IMG/VR virus record: IMGVR_UViG_3300025635_000056
Coordinates: 1-39,810 of that record
Direction: 5' to 3' (one strand)
Length of the DNA stretch: 39,810 bases
DNA from: a virus
Taxonomy: Duplodnaviria; Caudoviricetes
Shown: piece after piece, positions 16,831 through 25,534 of the stretch
Layout: each line of letters starts with the position of its first letter
How positions within the stretch are numbered: position 1 is the first letter of the stretch
Notes under the pieces: model-generated
What the model saw: the letters and a program-made list of their open reading frames with translations, nothing else
Database searches by the model: none
What the model was told of the DNA's origin: nothing
Made by a program: the position numbers and the translations under genes

Positions 16831-19502
16831 GGACGCTACCGGCAGGCTACGACTACACTACCTACCCCGACCGGACGGAGAAACTGCTGGTCGAGATTAA
16901 GGATGGCGGCGGAACGTTCCGCGACGTCAGCTCGTGGCCTGGTTTCGACACGGTGCACTCAGCGTCATGGCAGGAGGCGGCGGACGATCCCCACTGCACC
17001 GCTGAAGTGGTGCTGTTCCGCGAGGCCGACACGAACCTGATTACCGGCGCCGGTTGGAGCGTTGCCCCGCTGCACGCCACCGCCCCGGCCAATCTGGGGA
17101 TGAACCCAGCCGGCAGCTACTCACCGCTCATCGCTCTGGGCCGCGAGATCAAAATATCCGTTTCGGTCAGTCACGGTACGGGGACCACGACCAGTTGGCT
17201 GCTGGTGTTCCACGGACGCGTCGATTCGTATGACGCAGGCAGCGGCGACAAAATCACCATTCAGGCACGCGACCTGGGAGGCAAGGTGATGGACACGTTC
17301 ATCGAGGAGGAGCGCGTCTACGCGTTCGGCTCGGTGAGCGGCACCGCCGTGTCAATGAGGATCTGGACGCCATCCACGGCGTATGTGGTCGGCGACTACG
17401 TCATTCCCACCGAGGCAAAGCGCAACGGCAAGTTTTACAAGTGCACCACGGCTGGCACGAGCGGCAGCACCGAGCCGACCTGGCCGGCGTCGTCGACCGT
17501 CTCGGACAACTCGGTCGTCTGGACGTACCAGAGCACCACGAGCACCAGCGGATTTGCTGTCGAGCAAATCATGCAGAACATCCTCGACGACAATCTCGGC
17601 GCGGGCGTCGTGACGCTCTACGTGCCGACGTCGCCGAGCTGGTCGATCAAGCAGTACATCCAGAGCCGCACCGGCACGCTCGACGCGCTCCGCACTCTGG
17701 CCGCGCAGATTGGCTGGGACTGCCGCTACAAGTGGCGCAGCGGCACCAGCGCGTTCGAGCTGACGCTCTACCAGCCGGACCGGACCAAGGCGACGGTCGA
17801 CCGGACGTTCAACGCTGACGAGTACAAGGAGGTCAAGCGGCTGTCTCTGTCTATCGCCGACATCCGCAATGCCATCCGCGTGGTGTACTCGGACAGCTCG
17901 GATAAAGACCCGACCGGGCAGCCAAAGCGCAAGGTCATCGAGGTGACGGACTCTACGTCCATCACCAACTACGGCCGCCGGTTCATGGAGATCTCCGAGT
18001 CGAGTAGTTCGCAGATTGACACGTCGACCGAGGCAACCTCGATGGCCAACGCCGCCAAGAGCGACCTGGCCTTGCCGTCTGTCGATCACAGCATCGACTT
18101 CGTGCACGGGTTTCCGTGGGCCGAGCTCGGCGACCGGTACACGCTGACCGCCAACGGACTGCACTACACCACGGACCAGACGCTCTGTGTGGTGGGGCAT
18201 CGACACGAGTGCCGCGACGGGTTCATCCGCAGCAGCCTGGACCTGCGCGGCAAGCCCTTGCTCGGCGTGTCCATCTGGCACGAGATGAGCGCCAACGTCA
18301 GAGGCGACGTGGTGCCGTTCCGGACGTTCGGGGCGCAGAGCGGATTCACGTTGTCCGCGCAGGCGGTCATTGGCGGTGCGCGGCTCATCGTGGTGCCGTC
18401 TGATACCCAGCGAGACGTGGCCTCAGACATGGAGTTCGAGTTCCACGTGGACACCAGCAGCTCGTTCACGCCGTCGAGCTCGACGCTCAAGACCGTCACG
18501 CGCAGCCGCACCGTGGAGATTACCGAACTGGACCCCGCCACCACCTACTACGCACGCGTGGTTCCTCGCGCAGTGGTCGACGGTCGCGTGGTGCGGAGCC
18601 AGCACAGCGAGACTGTCACCATCACACCGGCGCGCGCATCAGCAGCGCACTCGACCGCCGATATTGACTACGGGCGTCGCCCGCTCAACGGCGGGTTCGA
18701 GACGCGCTATGGGTCGGGCCCGCCGGACCACTGGATCGCAACGCTGGATCCCACCGCGTTGGACCCCACGCCGAGCGCGTCTGTCTGGTCCAACTCGTTT
18801 AGCGCAGAGACCTCCGGCGGCGCGTCCGGACCGGGCTACCTGCGCGTCATCGACTCCGCCACCGGCGGCTACATCGTCTCGGGTCGAATGCTGGTCCGCG
18901 CCGGTCAGAGCTACCTGCTGTCGTGCATGGTCAAGGAGTTCACGGCTGACTCGGATTTCCGGGCGCGCGTCGAGATCTACTGGTTCGACTCCGGGGGGTC
19001 TACTACAGGTACGACGGTGATCGGTGACTCGCTCGGGCTGTCTAGCTGGACGCTCCAAAGTGCGCGTGACGTGTCGCCGGCGAGCACGGTCTACGCTCGC
19101 GTGATTGTCACGTGCTATACCAGCACAGCACCCCACAACGGCCGTGCCGGTGTAGACGATATCCGAATGGTCGAGACGAACCCTGGAGAGGACTGGATCG
19201 CCCCGACGCTGCAGAACTCGTGGGTGGACTACGCCAGTGGCACGGCGACCAGCGGGTACATGATGGACACGGCCGGCAAGGTTCACATCCGCGGGTGGAT
19301 CAAGTCCGGTACCACGACATCCGGCACGCTGCTGTTCACGTTGCCAACCGACTACCGGCCGACGTACATTCACGCGTTCCGCTGCACGACGAACGGCGGT
19401 AGCTGCGAGGTGCGCGTCAACACAGACGGCACAGTCAAGTTAGGCAGCACAGGCGACTCGACGTACACCGTGCTAGACGGGATCTCGTTTGATGTCCGGT
19501 AG
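16827..19502 (+). CDS. Baseplate hub/central fibre with CBM-, FN3- and receptor-binding-like domains
   Basis: Hub motifs FHGRVD and ARDLG; WTPSTAYVVGDYV CBM-like insert; ITELDPATTYYARV FN3-like; LNGGFE; C-terminal LFTLPTDYRP head. Confidence 0.8.
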   Translation: MRTLPAGYDYTTYPDRTEKLLVEIKDGGGTFRDVSSWPGFDTVHSASWQEAADDPHCTAEVVLFREADTNLITGAGWSVAPLHATAPANLGMNPAGSYSPLIALGREIKISVSVSHGTGTTTSWLLVFHGRVDSYDAGSGDKITIQARDLGGKVMDTFIEEERVYAFGSVSGTAVSMRIWTPSTAYVVGDYVIPTEAKRNGKFYKCTTAGTSGSTEPTWPASSTVSDNSVVWTYQSTTSTSGFAVEQIMQNILDDNLGAGVVTLYVPTSPSWSIKQYIQSRTGTLDALRTLAAQIGWDCRYKWRSGTSAFELTLYQPDRTKATVDRTFNADEYKEVKRLSLSIADIRNAIRVVYSDSSDKDPTGQPKRKVIEVTDSTSITNYGRRFMEISESSSSQIDTSTEATSMANAAKSDLALPSVDHSIDFVHGFPWAELGDRYTLTANGLHYTTDQTLCVVGHRHECRDGFIRSSLDLRGKPLLGVSIWHEMSANVRGDVVPFRTFGAQSGFTLSAQAVIGGARLIVVPSDTQRDVASDMEFEFHVDTSSSFTPSSSTLKTVTRSRTVEITELDPATTYYARVVPRAVVDGRVVRSQHSETVTITPARASAAHSTADIDYGRRPLNGGFETRYGSGPPDHWIATLDPTALDPTPSASVWSNSFSAETSGGASGPGYLRVIDSATGGYIVSGRMLVRAGQSYLLSCMVKEFTADSDFRARVEIYWFDSGGSTTGTTVIGDSLGLSSWTLQSARDVSPASTVYARVIVTCYTSTAPHNGRAGVDDIRMVETNPGEDWIAPTLQNSWVDYASGTATSGYMMDTAGKVHIRGWIKSGTTTSGTLLFTLPTDYRPTYIHAFRCTTNGGSCEVRVNTDGTVKLGSTGDSTYTVLDGISFDVR

Positions 19503-19509
19503 ACTCCAC
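19463..19509 (+). repeat. 47-bp direct repeat, copy 1 (left of the methyltransferase)
   Basis: GTACACCGTGCTAGACGGGATCTCGTTTGATGTCCGGTAGACTCCAC; differs from 20211-20258 by 2 substitutions and 1 indel. Confidence 0.9.
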
Positions 19510-19511
19510 GC

Positions 19512-20204
19512 TCAGCGCACCCGGTATTCAAACAGCCGCTCAGCCCTCACACGCGCCTGTGTGCTCTGCATTGCTAAGTTACGCAAGACCTCCCACACGA
19601 GAGTGAAATCCGCGGGGGCTTGATACTCACTCACCAACACTGTCACTCCAGCGCGAGCCCAACTACGTACGGTTGCCCAGAACTCCGCGTGATTAAAACG
19701 ATCAACCCCAGAGTAACTAGTTGTGCTCTCATACGGGGGGTCACAATAAACGAGATGCTCAGAGGTCGGGCGCAGTCGTCGATAATCTGCGCAGCCGAAA
19801 AGAACATCTTGGCAACGTGCGATTTTCTTATTGAGCGACCTGGTCGCATTCTCCTGATAGTTGCGCCCCGCAGCGCCTCGTGCGAACCCACCGAACCATT
19901 TCCCACCGAAAGACAAGCCGAACCCCGCGAAGGTTGTAAGAGGATCACGCAGATCTTGATTGCGCCGCAGCTCATCATAACGCGCCTCGGTCACGCGTTC
20001 GGGCGGTCTCCAACCACCGCGCCAAGCGTCGTACAAAACTAAAAGTCCAGCATGCGCGTCCACTGCGACCCGAGGTCCGGTCATAGCGGCTGTAACCGAC
20101 AACCCGCCGCAGAAAGGCTCGACGAAAAGACGCCCATGGCGTCGACTCTCTAGATACGCCGCGAGCATCGTGGCGATTCGGTGCTTACCCCCGAGATACT
20201 GCAT
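19512..20204 (-). CDS. DNA adenine methyltransferase (Dam/D12 class)
   Basis: MQYLGGK, VEPFCGG and YCDPPY motifs; ATG overlaps the upstream TAA (TAATG); visibly more AT-rich than its flanks. Confidence 0.92.
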   Translation of the reverse strand: MQYLGGKHRIATMLAAYLESRRHGRLFVEPFCGGLSVTAAMTGPRVAVDAHAGLLVLYDAWRGGWRPPERVTEARYDELRRNQDLRDPLTTFAGFGLSFGGKWFGGFARGAAGRNYQENATRSLNKKIARCQDVLFGCADYRRLRPTSEHLVYCDPPYESTTSYSGVDRFNHAEFWATVRSWARAGVTVLVSEYQAPADFTLVWEVLRNLAMQSTQARVRAERLFEYRVR

Positions 20205-21157
20205 TATGGTGTATACCGTGCTAGACCGGGATCTCGTTTGATGTCCGGTAGGCTCCACAGGTCCACCGTCGTCTGATTCGGCGGACGGTTTGTGCGCCCC
20301 ACGACGATTGCCTTGCTCGTGCGCAACAGGAACCGCACATCAGACAGTCCGAGATGGATCAGTAGCTCCTTGACCGTACGCGGCTCGGCCGAAATGAACG
20401 CGAGATAGGCCTCCCGGTAGCGGGAGAATTTCTCGTGCTTAGCTCGAGCGACGTAGGGCGCGCCGGTGGGGCTGTAGCGATATCGCCCGTTCACGCGCGT
20501 CCTGGCCGCCGCCCCGGCCAGGAGCAACGCGCGCAGAGCGGTGTTGACCGTGGCTCGAGGTAGATTGGACCGCTGCGCGAGCGCACCAGGGTCGTTCTCG
20601 CTGGCCGCGGGGCGCATGGCCGCAAGGACTCTTCTGGCGACCTCCGCGCTGACGGAGCAGTACACCGCAGGGCGGTTCGTCAGTCGTGGTGGATGCTGGG
20701 CTCGAGTTTCTTCGGCGAGCTCTGGACGCACGTATTTTTTGATCCCGTTCCCCGGTCCGTTTCCTGCTGGCCTACTCGTTCGCACTGCGACGAGCCGACC
20801 GGTCGCTGTTAGATGCTTGAGAACTCGACTGACGGTTGACGGTGCGTTGCCCTGCAGAACCAGGTCGCGCAGGTTGTCCGTGCCTGCCAAGACCGCTCGG
20901 TAAATTCGCTCAACGGTCTCCTTCCCGGCGCGCAGCGACTCGACCTCAGCGACTTGCTCGCCGGTATCGAGGGGGCTTGTGCGAACTACCTCAGCCAGTA
21001 CGTCTGCGAACAGCGGGCAGCCGCGACAGCTCCACGATGGGGCGCTCTGCATCCTATCCAGACACCGGTCGTAGTGTTCGCAGCCGAAATGTCTGTGGGT
21101 TGGCACCTGCTCGACGGTCAGGCACGCGGCGATGGCGCTCGGTCTGATGTGGCTCAC
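20204..21157 (-). CDS. Putative DNA-binding protein (Cys cluster plus tandem winged-HTH domains)
   Basis: CEHYDRC...WSCRGCP; NAPSTVSRVLKHLTATGRL and LPRATVNTALRALLLAG HTH-like segments. Confidence 0.55.
   Translation of the reverse strand: MSHIRPSAIAACLTVEQVPTHRHFGCEHYDRCLDRMQSAPSWSCRGCPLFADVLAEVVRTSPLDTGEQVAEVESLRAGKETVERIYRAVLAGTDNLRDLVLQGNAPSTVSRVLKHLTATGRLVAVRTSRPAGNGPGNGIKKYVRPELAEETRAQHPPRLTNRPAVYCSVSAEVARRVLAAMRPAASENDPGALAQRSNLPRATVNTALRALLLAGAAARTRVNGRYRYSPTGAPYVARAKHEKFSRYREAYLAFISAEPRTVKELLIHLGLSDVRFLLRTSKAIVVGRTNRPPNQTTVDLWSLPDIKRDPGLARYTP
20211..20258 (+). repeat. 48-bp direct repeat, copy 2 (right of the methyltransferase)
   Basis: GTATACCGTGCTAGACCGGGATCTCGTTTGATGTCCGGTAGGCTCCAC. 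Confidence 0.9.
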
Positions 21158-21630
21158 GGTAGCAGCGCCTCTCTAGAGATCCGGTTGAATTGTCTCGATT
21201 CCCAGTCCGCGTGCCCGCCGCGCTTGTCCCTGTCGAGCACGTGCAGCAGCTCGTGCGGCAGAGCGATGACCGTCGACGTCACCTCGATGCGTGTCCACGA
21301 CGGCCACGCCACACCCCACCAGCAGTAGTCGGGGTTCGGTTGGTCGACTGGGACGGACGGGTCCCAGAACATCCCTGGCGGGCAGCGCCCCGGAGAGGTG
21401 GCGCGCTGGCGCACGGACCATCCCGCCAGGTCAGCACAGAGGTCGCGCCCCGTAGTCTCAGGCAACTCGCCCGCGAGCTCGAGGGTCCGCGTCTCGAGGC
21501 GTTGTACGGCGTCGACGTCCAGGCCGACGACCTCGAGACCGCAGGCGGTGCGCCCCTCCCAACGCTGGGGTGGATTAACGCCCTCACCGCAGGCTACCAA
21601 GAGCAGCACGACAGGCAGGAGACGAGTCAT
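21154..21630 (-). CDS. Lipoprotein with an HEXXH zinc-metallopeptidase-like motif
   Basis: MTRLLPVVLLLVAC lipobox; ALPHELLH...GGH; ATGA-coupled to the upstream small ORF. Confidence 0.6.
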   Translation of the reverse strand: MTRLLPVVLLLVACGEGVNPPQRWEGRTACGLEVVGLDVDAVQRLETRTLELAGELPETTGRDLCADLAGWSVRQRATSPGRCPPGMFWDPSVPVDQPNPDYCWWGVAWPSWTRIEVTSTVIALPHELLHVLDRDKRGGHADWESRQFNRISREALLP

Positions 21631-21782
21631 CGACGAGCCGGGAGGCACTGCGAGGGAGGAGGTCCGTACACGCGCACGGGCCCGCGAGGAGGTCCGTAGA
21701 CAGCCTCGCGGGGCTGCGGAGGTCCGTAGTGGTAGCTGCTGGGTACGACGCAGCTGGTGAGCAGCAGGAGTAGTAGTCGCAC
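21627..21782 (-). CDS. Unannotated 51-aa lipopeptide with three YGPP repeats
   Basis: MRLLLLLLTSCVVPSSYHYGPPQPREAVYGPPRGPVRVYGPPPSQCLPARR; fills the gap exactly with TAGTG and ATGA overlaps. Confidence 0.75.
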   Translation of the reverse strand: MRLLLLLLTSCVVPSSYHYGPPQPREAVYGPPRGPVRVYGPPPSQCLPARR

Positions 21783-22360
21783 TACGATGGCCCTCGCATC
21801 GGCATGACCAGCACAGTCACGTCGTAGTCGTCATTTTTGCCGGTCAAAAGGGCGGGCGCGTGCGTAACGCCGAGCATCAGCTTCACGGGCCGGATACCGA
21901 GGTCCTGCATCGACAGCATCGCGTCGTTCATCAGGACGGGGTCGACGTACATCTCGGAGCCCGGCTGCTCGGTAGCAAGCAGAGTTCGGTACGCAGGCCA
22001 CTCCTGGACCTCAGCGTTCGCGCTCAGACGGAGCGTGCGACCCATTGACGGCACCGTCACAACGCCAGCGCTGACATCCGCGCGCCCGCACAGCGCGACG
22101 TCGCCTTTCCTCACCCGCCAGGATGACAGCTCCTTGAGGTCGGTGCGGTGAATCAGGCTATTGCCCTCACCGGCGTACTCGAGGGAGGGGACGACAACGC
22201 GAATCAAGGTGTGCCTGTCAGTGGCGACGAACGTTTTTTCTCGAGGCTCGACGAGAGCTGTCCAGAGCAGCGGACGGGCGATGTCATCGCTGGTGTGTCT
22301 GAGTAGCGCCCGGCATAGCGGCGCGAGGAGTTGCGTGGGGATTGTCCAGGTCGCGGTCAT
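21782..22360 (-). CDS. DNA polymerase III beta-clamp-like protein (two domains)
   Basis: TSDDIARPLL...FVATDRHTL (central-domain-like) and VDPVLMNDAM...VTVLVMPMR (C-domain-like). Confidence 0.75.
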   Translation of the reverse strand: MTATWTIPTQLLAPLCRALLRHTSDDIARPLLWTALVEPREKTFVATDRHTLIRVVVPSLEYAGEGNSLIHRTDLKELSSWRVRKGDVALCGRADVSAGVVTVPSMGRTLRLSANAEVQEWPAYRTLLATEQPGSEMYVDPVLMNDAMLSMQDLGIRPVKLMLGVTHAPALLTGKNDDYDVTVLVMPMRGPS

Positions 22361-22397
22361 GGGAGAAACAGTAAATCACCTAGCCTCACGCTGTCAA
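22361..22397 (-). promoter_or_regulatory. Sigma70-like leaderless promoter for the clamp operon
   Basis: Minus strand TTGACA-N18-TACTGT-TTCTCCC-ATG. Confidence 0.65.
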
Positions 22398-22415
22398 CGG
22401 GGGTACCCTCGGCCC

Positions 22416-22970
22416 ATGGGCGTCGACTACCTACACGCGAACGCTGATTTTCTGCCGCCGTCGTTTCCCCGTCCTGAGATCTTCCGACGCGTGTACCTGG
22501 GGCTCTACTACGAGCCGTTCCGCGAGCGGCTCATCGAGCTGCGCTGGACTCTCCTTCGGCGCGGCTACTCGTTTTGGAGCCTGGCCGGCTACCGCTCCTG
22601 GGCAGCGCAGCACCAGTTGAGGCTCGCGTACCTGCAGCGGCGTGGCGGCAAGGCAGCCCCCGCTGGCTACTCGGCCCACCAATACGGGCTCGCCGATGAT
22701 GCCTGCCTCGACACGGATGTCGATAGACAGGGGCTGCAGCCAGACTACTCGGCGGCGCCCTACGCCATCATGGCTGAGGAGGCCAGGCGCGTCGGCCTGG
22801 CGCCGGGGCTCGTGTTCGGCGACGGCCCCCACGTCGGCTGGCCTGGCTACGAGTCAGCCGCGCAGCTCGAGCCCCTGCGGCTGCACTGGCGAGCGGCAGG
22901 GGCAGCGACCGACGAGCAAAAACTCGCGGCGTGCTGGCAGTTGGTGGACGCCGCGCAGGGGCGCCTGTAG
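22416..22970 (+). CDS. Endolysin, peptidase M15 family
   Basis: GYRSWAAQ, AAPAGYSAHQYGLADD and DGPHV motifs; start set to ATG 22416. Confidence 0.85.
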   Translation: MGVDYLHANADFLPPSFPRPEIFRRVYLGLYYEPFRERLIELRWTLLRRGYSFWSLAGYRSWAAQHQLRLAYLQRRGGKAAPAGYSAHQYGLADDACLDTDVDRQGLQPDYSAAPYAIMAEEARRVGLAPGLVFGDGPHVGWPGYESAAQLEPLRLHWRAAGAATDEQKLAACWQLVDAAQGRL

Positions 22971-22979
22971 AGTGGCGCC

Positions 22980-23423
22980 ATGGACGACTTGACTTCTGAC
23001 TCAATCTCCGCTCTCGCCAAGCTGGCGTTGCAGGCCGCGCAGGGCAAGGACTTGTTGCTCGGCGTGGCCGTGCTGCTCGTCGCAGCGGTGTTCGTACTGC
23101 GTCGGTTCCTCGCAACGCGCGTTCCGTTTTTCGCCTCGGCACTCGGCGGCTCGGTGCTGGTGTTCGCCACCGCGTTTGCCGGCGCGCTACTGACGTCGCT
23201 GCTCGCCGGTCAGGGAGCGTCGCCCGCGCTGTTCCTCTCGGCTGCCAAGGTGGCCTTCATCGCGAGCGGTGGCTGGAGCCTCGTCGGCAAGCGCATCGCC
23301 AGCGCGTTGCAGCGGGGCGACGCCGCGAAAATTAAAGCCGAAGCGCTCGCGGCGGGTGGCGCCATCGAGCCGCCCAAGCCAGTCGGCATTCTCGAGCTCG
23401 CCAAGAAAAAGGACAAACCGTGA
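22980..23423 (+). CDS. Holin-like membrane protein
   Basis: 2-3 hydrophobic helices and a basic C-terminus; follows the endolysin. Confidence 0.65.
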   Translation: MDDLTSDSISALAKLALQAAQGKDLLLGVAVLLVAAVFVLRRFLATRVPFFASALGGSVLVFATAFAGALLTSLLAGQGASPALFLSAAKVAFIASGGWSLVGKRIASALQRGDAAKIKAEALAAGGAIEPPKPVGILELAKKKDKP

Positions 23424-23794
23424 TTGGCGCGCTGCTTCTGGCGGTTCTCTCGGCCGGACCGACCTACACAATCGACCCGAACGAGGCCGGCGGCGTACGT
23501 GTCCGCAGTGGCGTTGCCGTCGTAGACAACGACGGGCAGGACGTTGAGGCAGCACTGCCGGCGGGGGTGTTTCTCACGGTCGCCGGTGCCGAGCAGATCG
23601 AGGGGCACGTGGCCGACCTGCACCTCAACGTGATGCGTCTCGAAGCGCAGAACAAGATACTCGTCGCGCGGACCGAGGAGCTGGCGGCGCAGCCAAAGCC
23701 AGCGGTGAAGTGGTTGGCGGTCGCTGCTGGCGCGGGCGTAGTGGTCGGCGCTGGGCTCGCGGTAGCCGCCACGTTGATGCTCGGGCCGAAATAG
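23420..23794 (+). CDS. Lysis-associated membrane protein (possibly spanin-like)
   Basis: Signal-like N-terminus, coiled segment and C-terminal transmembrane helix within the lysis block. Confidence 0.45.
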   Translation: MIGALLLAVLSAGPTYTIDPNEAGGVRVRSGVAVVDNDGQDVEAALPAGVFLTVAGAEQIEGHVADLHLNVMRLEAQNKILVARTEELAAQPKPAVKWLAVAAGAGVVVGAGLAVAATLMLGPK

Positions 23795-23810
23795 TTTAGC
23801 CTCAGTTCGC

Positions 23811-25016
23811 ATGAGCCAATTCAAAATCTGCTGTAGGGCGAACTGCGTGCACGCTGGCAAGCCGCAGCCGCTCAGTCAGTTTGGCGCGTACAAGAACGCG
23901 CCTAGCGGGCGGCGCTACGAGTGCCGTACGTGCGTCTCGGCCGACAACCGAAAGCGTCGGCCGTCGAGTGTGGACAGCATCCACATTGAGGTCGACACCT
24001 CCCGGGTATCCGGTCCGGCCGAACCTGCCGGGCCGCAGCTGCAAGAGCGCAACCGCTCCGCCCCGGTGCTGACTCCGGAGCTCGAAGCGCTGTTCGCGCT
24101 GGCGCGCAAGGCTCGCGGCGGGCTCGACCTCGAGACCCTCTGCAACGGGCTCGACGCCTCACCCGCCGCGGTGCGCGCGCTACTCGAACAGGCCAAGCGC
24201 GTAGGCATGCCGCTAGACGTGGCCGACGGCGCCAAGCTGATGTTCAGGCCCCCGTCGCCGTCCGACCGGGTGCAGACGACCGAGGCGATCGCGCCGACCG
24301 TCGACGCCGTGCGCGCCGGCGTCATCAGCGACCTGCACTACGGCTCTCGATTCTGCCTGCGCGACCGCATCGCAGACACGGTCGATTGGCTCTACGCCGA
24401 GGGGGTCCGCTGCATCCTCCTGCCGGGCGACATCCACGACGGCAACTATGTGGGCCACGGACTGTTCGAGCTCTCCCACGTAGGTTTCGAAGCGCAGCTC
24501 GAGGACAGCGTCGAGCACCTGCCGCGCCGCGAGGGGCTGACCTACCTGGCCATCTCGGGCAACCATGACGAAACGTTTCTCACGCAGAACGGGGCGGACA
24601 TCGTCGCGGCGCTCGCGCAGCATCGGCCCGACGTGAGGTACTACGGCCACCGCGGGGCGTTTCTCAACCTGGCGGGCACCGTCGTGCACCTCTGGCACCC
24701 GAGCGGCGGCGGCAGCTACGCCGTGTCCTACAAGCTGCAGAAGAGGATCGAGGCCTACGCCAGCGGTGAGAAACCACACGTGCTGCTCGCCGGGCACTGG
24801 CACCGCTACTGCCACATCTACGAGCGCGGGGTCCACGCGTTCTGCTGCCCCACGTTCCAGGGCGGCGGCTCTGCGTTCGGGCGCTCGCTGGCGTCAGGCG
24901 CGCCAGCCATCGGCGGAATGCTGCTCGAATGGGACCGCACGGCGGACGGGACGCTGCGGAATTTCCGCCACACCTACCGCGCGTATTTCGAGGTCGAGAA
25001 GCCGGCGAAGGTCTAG
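23811..25016 (+). CDS. Calcineurin-like metallophosphoesterase with N-terminal Zn-finger/HTH
   Basis: SDLH, GDIHDG, GNHD, WHP and GHWH motifs; N-terminal Cys pairs and ECRTC. Confidence 0.85.
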   Translation: MSQFKICCRANCVHAGKPQPLSQFGAYKNAPSGRRYECRTCVSADNRKRRPSSVDSIHIEVDTSRVSGPAEPAGPQLQERNRSAPVLTPELEALFALARKARGGLDLETLCNGLDASPAAVRALLEQAKRVGMPLDVADGAKLMFRPPSPSDRVQTTEAIAPTVDAVRAGVISDLHYGSRFCLRDRIADTVDWLYAEGVRCILLPGDIHDGNYVGHGLFELSHVGFEAQLEDSVEHLPRREGLTYLAISGNHDETFLTQNGADIVAALAQHRPDVRYYGHRGAFLNLAGTVVHLWHPSGGGSYAVSYKLQKRIEAYASGEKPHVLLAGHWHRYCHIYERGVHAFCCPTFQGGGSAFGRSLASGAPAIGGMLLEWDRTADGTLRNFRHTYRAYFEVEKPAKV

Positions 25017-25022
25017 CGCCAG
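25011..25022 (+). repeat. 12-bp direct repeat GTCTAGCGCCAG (second copy 25533-25544)
   Basis: Exact match; the pair flanks the XF1762-like gene. Confidence 0.6.
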
Positions 25023-25026
25023 TCGC

Positions 25027-25515
25027 TCAAGTAACGCTCCACGGCGCCCACCAACGCCACTTGGGGCTCGGATCGACAGCAGGGCGGCGAGGCCGCGACG
25101 GGCGAGAGTGCTCCCCGCCAGTCGTCAGTCCGTCGCACAACCACCCGGCCGCACGCAGCGTCACACCGGGCTCGTCGCGGTGCGTGTACGTTACGAGTCG
25201 CGTGGCACCCATGGCCCGCGCCGCTCGCGAGCACGCCCCGTACAGCATCGAGCAGACGGGGGCAGCGTGGCGGCCGGCTGGCGCGAGTCCTGGAAGCACC
25301 GCCACGCGCAGTACCGAGAGCGTATCGGTCCCCAACGCGCGCGCGGCGTGGCCAACGAGCGCGGCGCCGACCGTCTCTCCGTCCAGCCCCAGTACGCGGA
25401 CCGACCACATGCCGCCCTGTACGCGCGGTAGCCTGCGGTGAACGCTGGCTACCCACGGAAGTGCTTGCTTAACCGTCCATGGGCGCAAAGTGTAGCCACT
25501 CGTCGGCAAGTTCAT
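25027..25515 (-). CDS. XF1762-family / Mom-like GNAT-fold protein (putative DNA modification)
   Basis: VHRR, VGAALVG, CSMLYGACSRAARAMG...LVTYT...EPGVTLRAAGW and KWRW motifs. Confidence 0.75.
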   Translation of the reverse strand: MNLPTSGYTLRPWTVKQALPWVASVHRRLPRVQGGMWSVRVLGLDGETVGAALVGHAARALGTDTLSVLRVAVLPGLAPAGRHAAPVCSMLYGACSRAARAMGATRLVTYTHRDEPGVTLRAAGWLCDGLTTGGEHSRPSRPRRPAVDPSPKWRWWAPWSVT

Positions 25516-25534
25516 TGCACGTACCCTGGCGCGT
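25512..25534 (+). repeat. 23-bp direct repeat (second copy 25846-25868, 1 mismatch)
   Basis: TCAT(T/C)GCACGTACCCTGGCGCGT flanking gene 25535-25849. Confidence 0.85.

Noticed and set aside
19463-20258. Diversity-generating retroelement TR/VR pair at the end of the tail gene
   Set aside because: No reverse transcriptase in the window; the differences are few, not adenine-specific and include an indel.
21656-21728. Three 13-nt repeats at an exact 30-nt period resembling a mini CRISPR array
   Set aside because: Repeats and spacers are too short, and the pattern is explained by the YGPP coding repeat on the minus strand.
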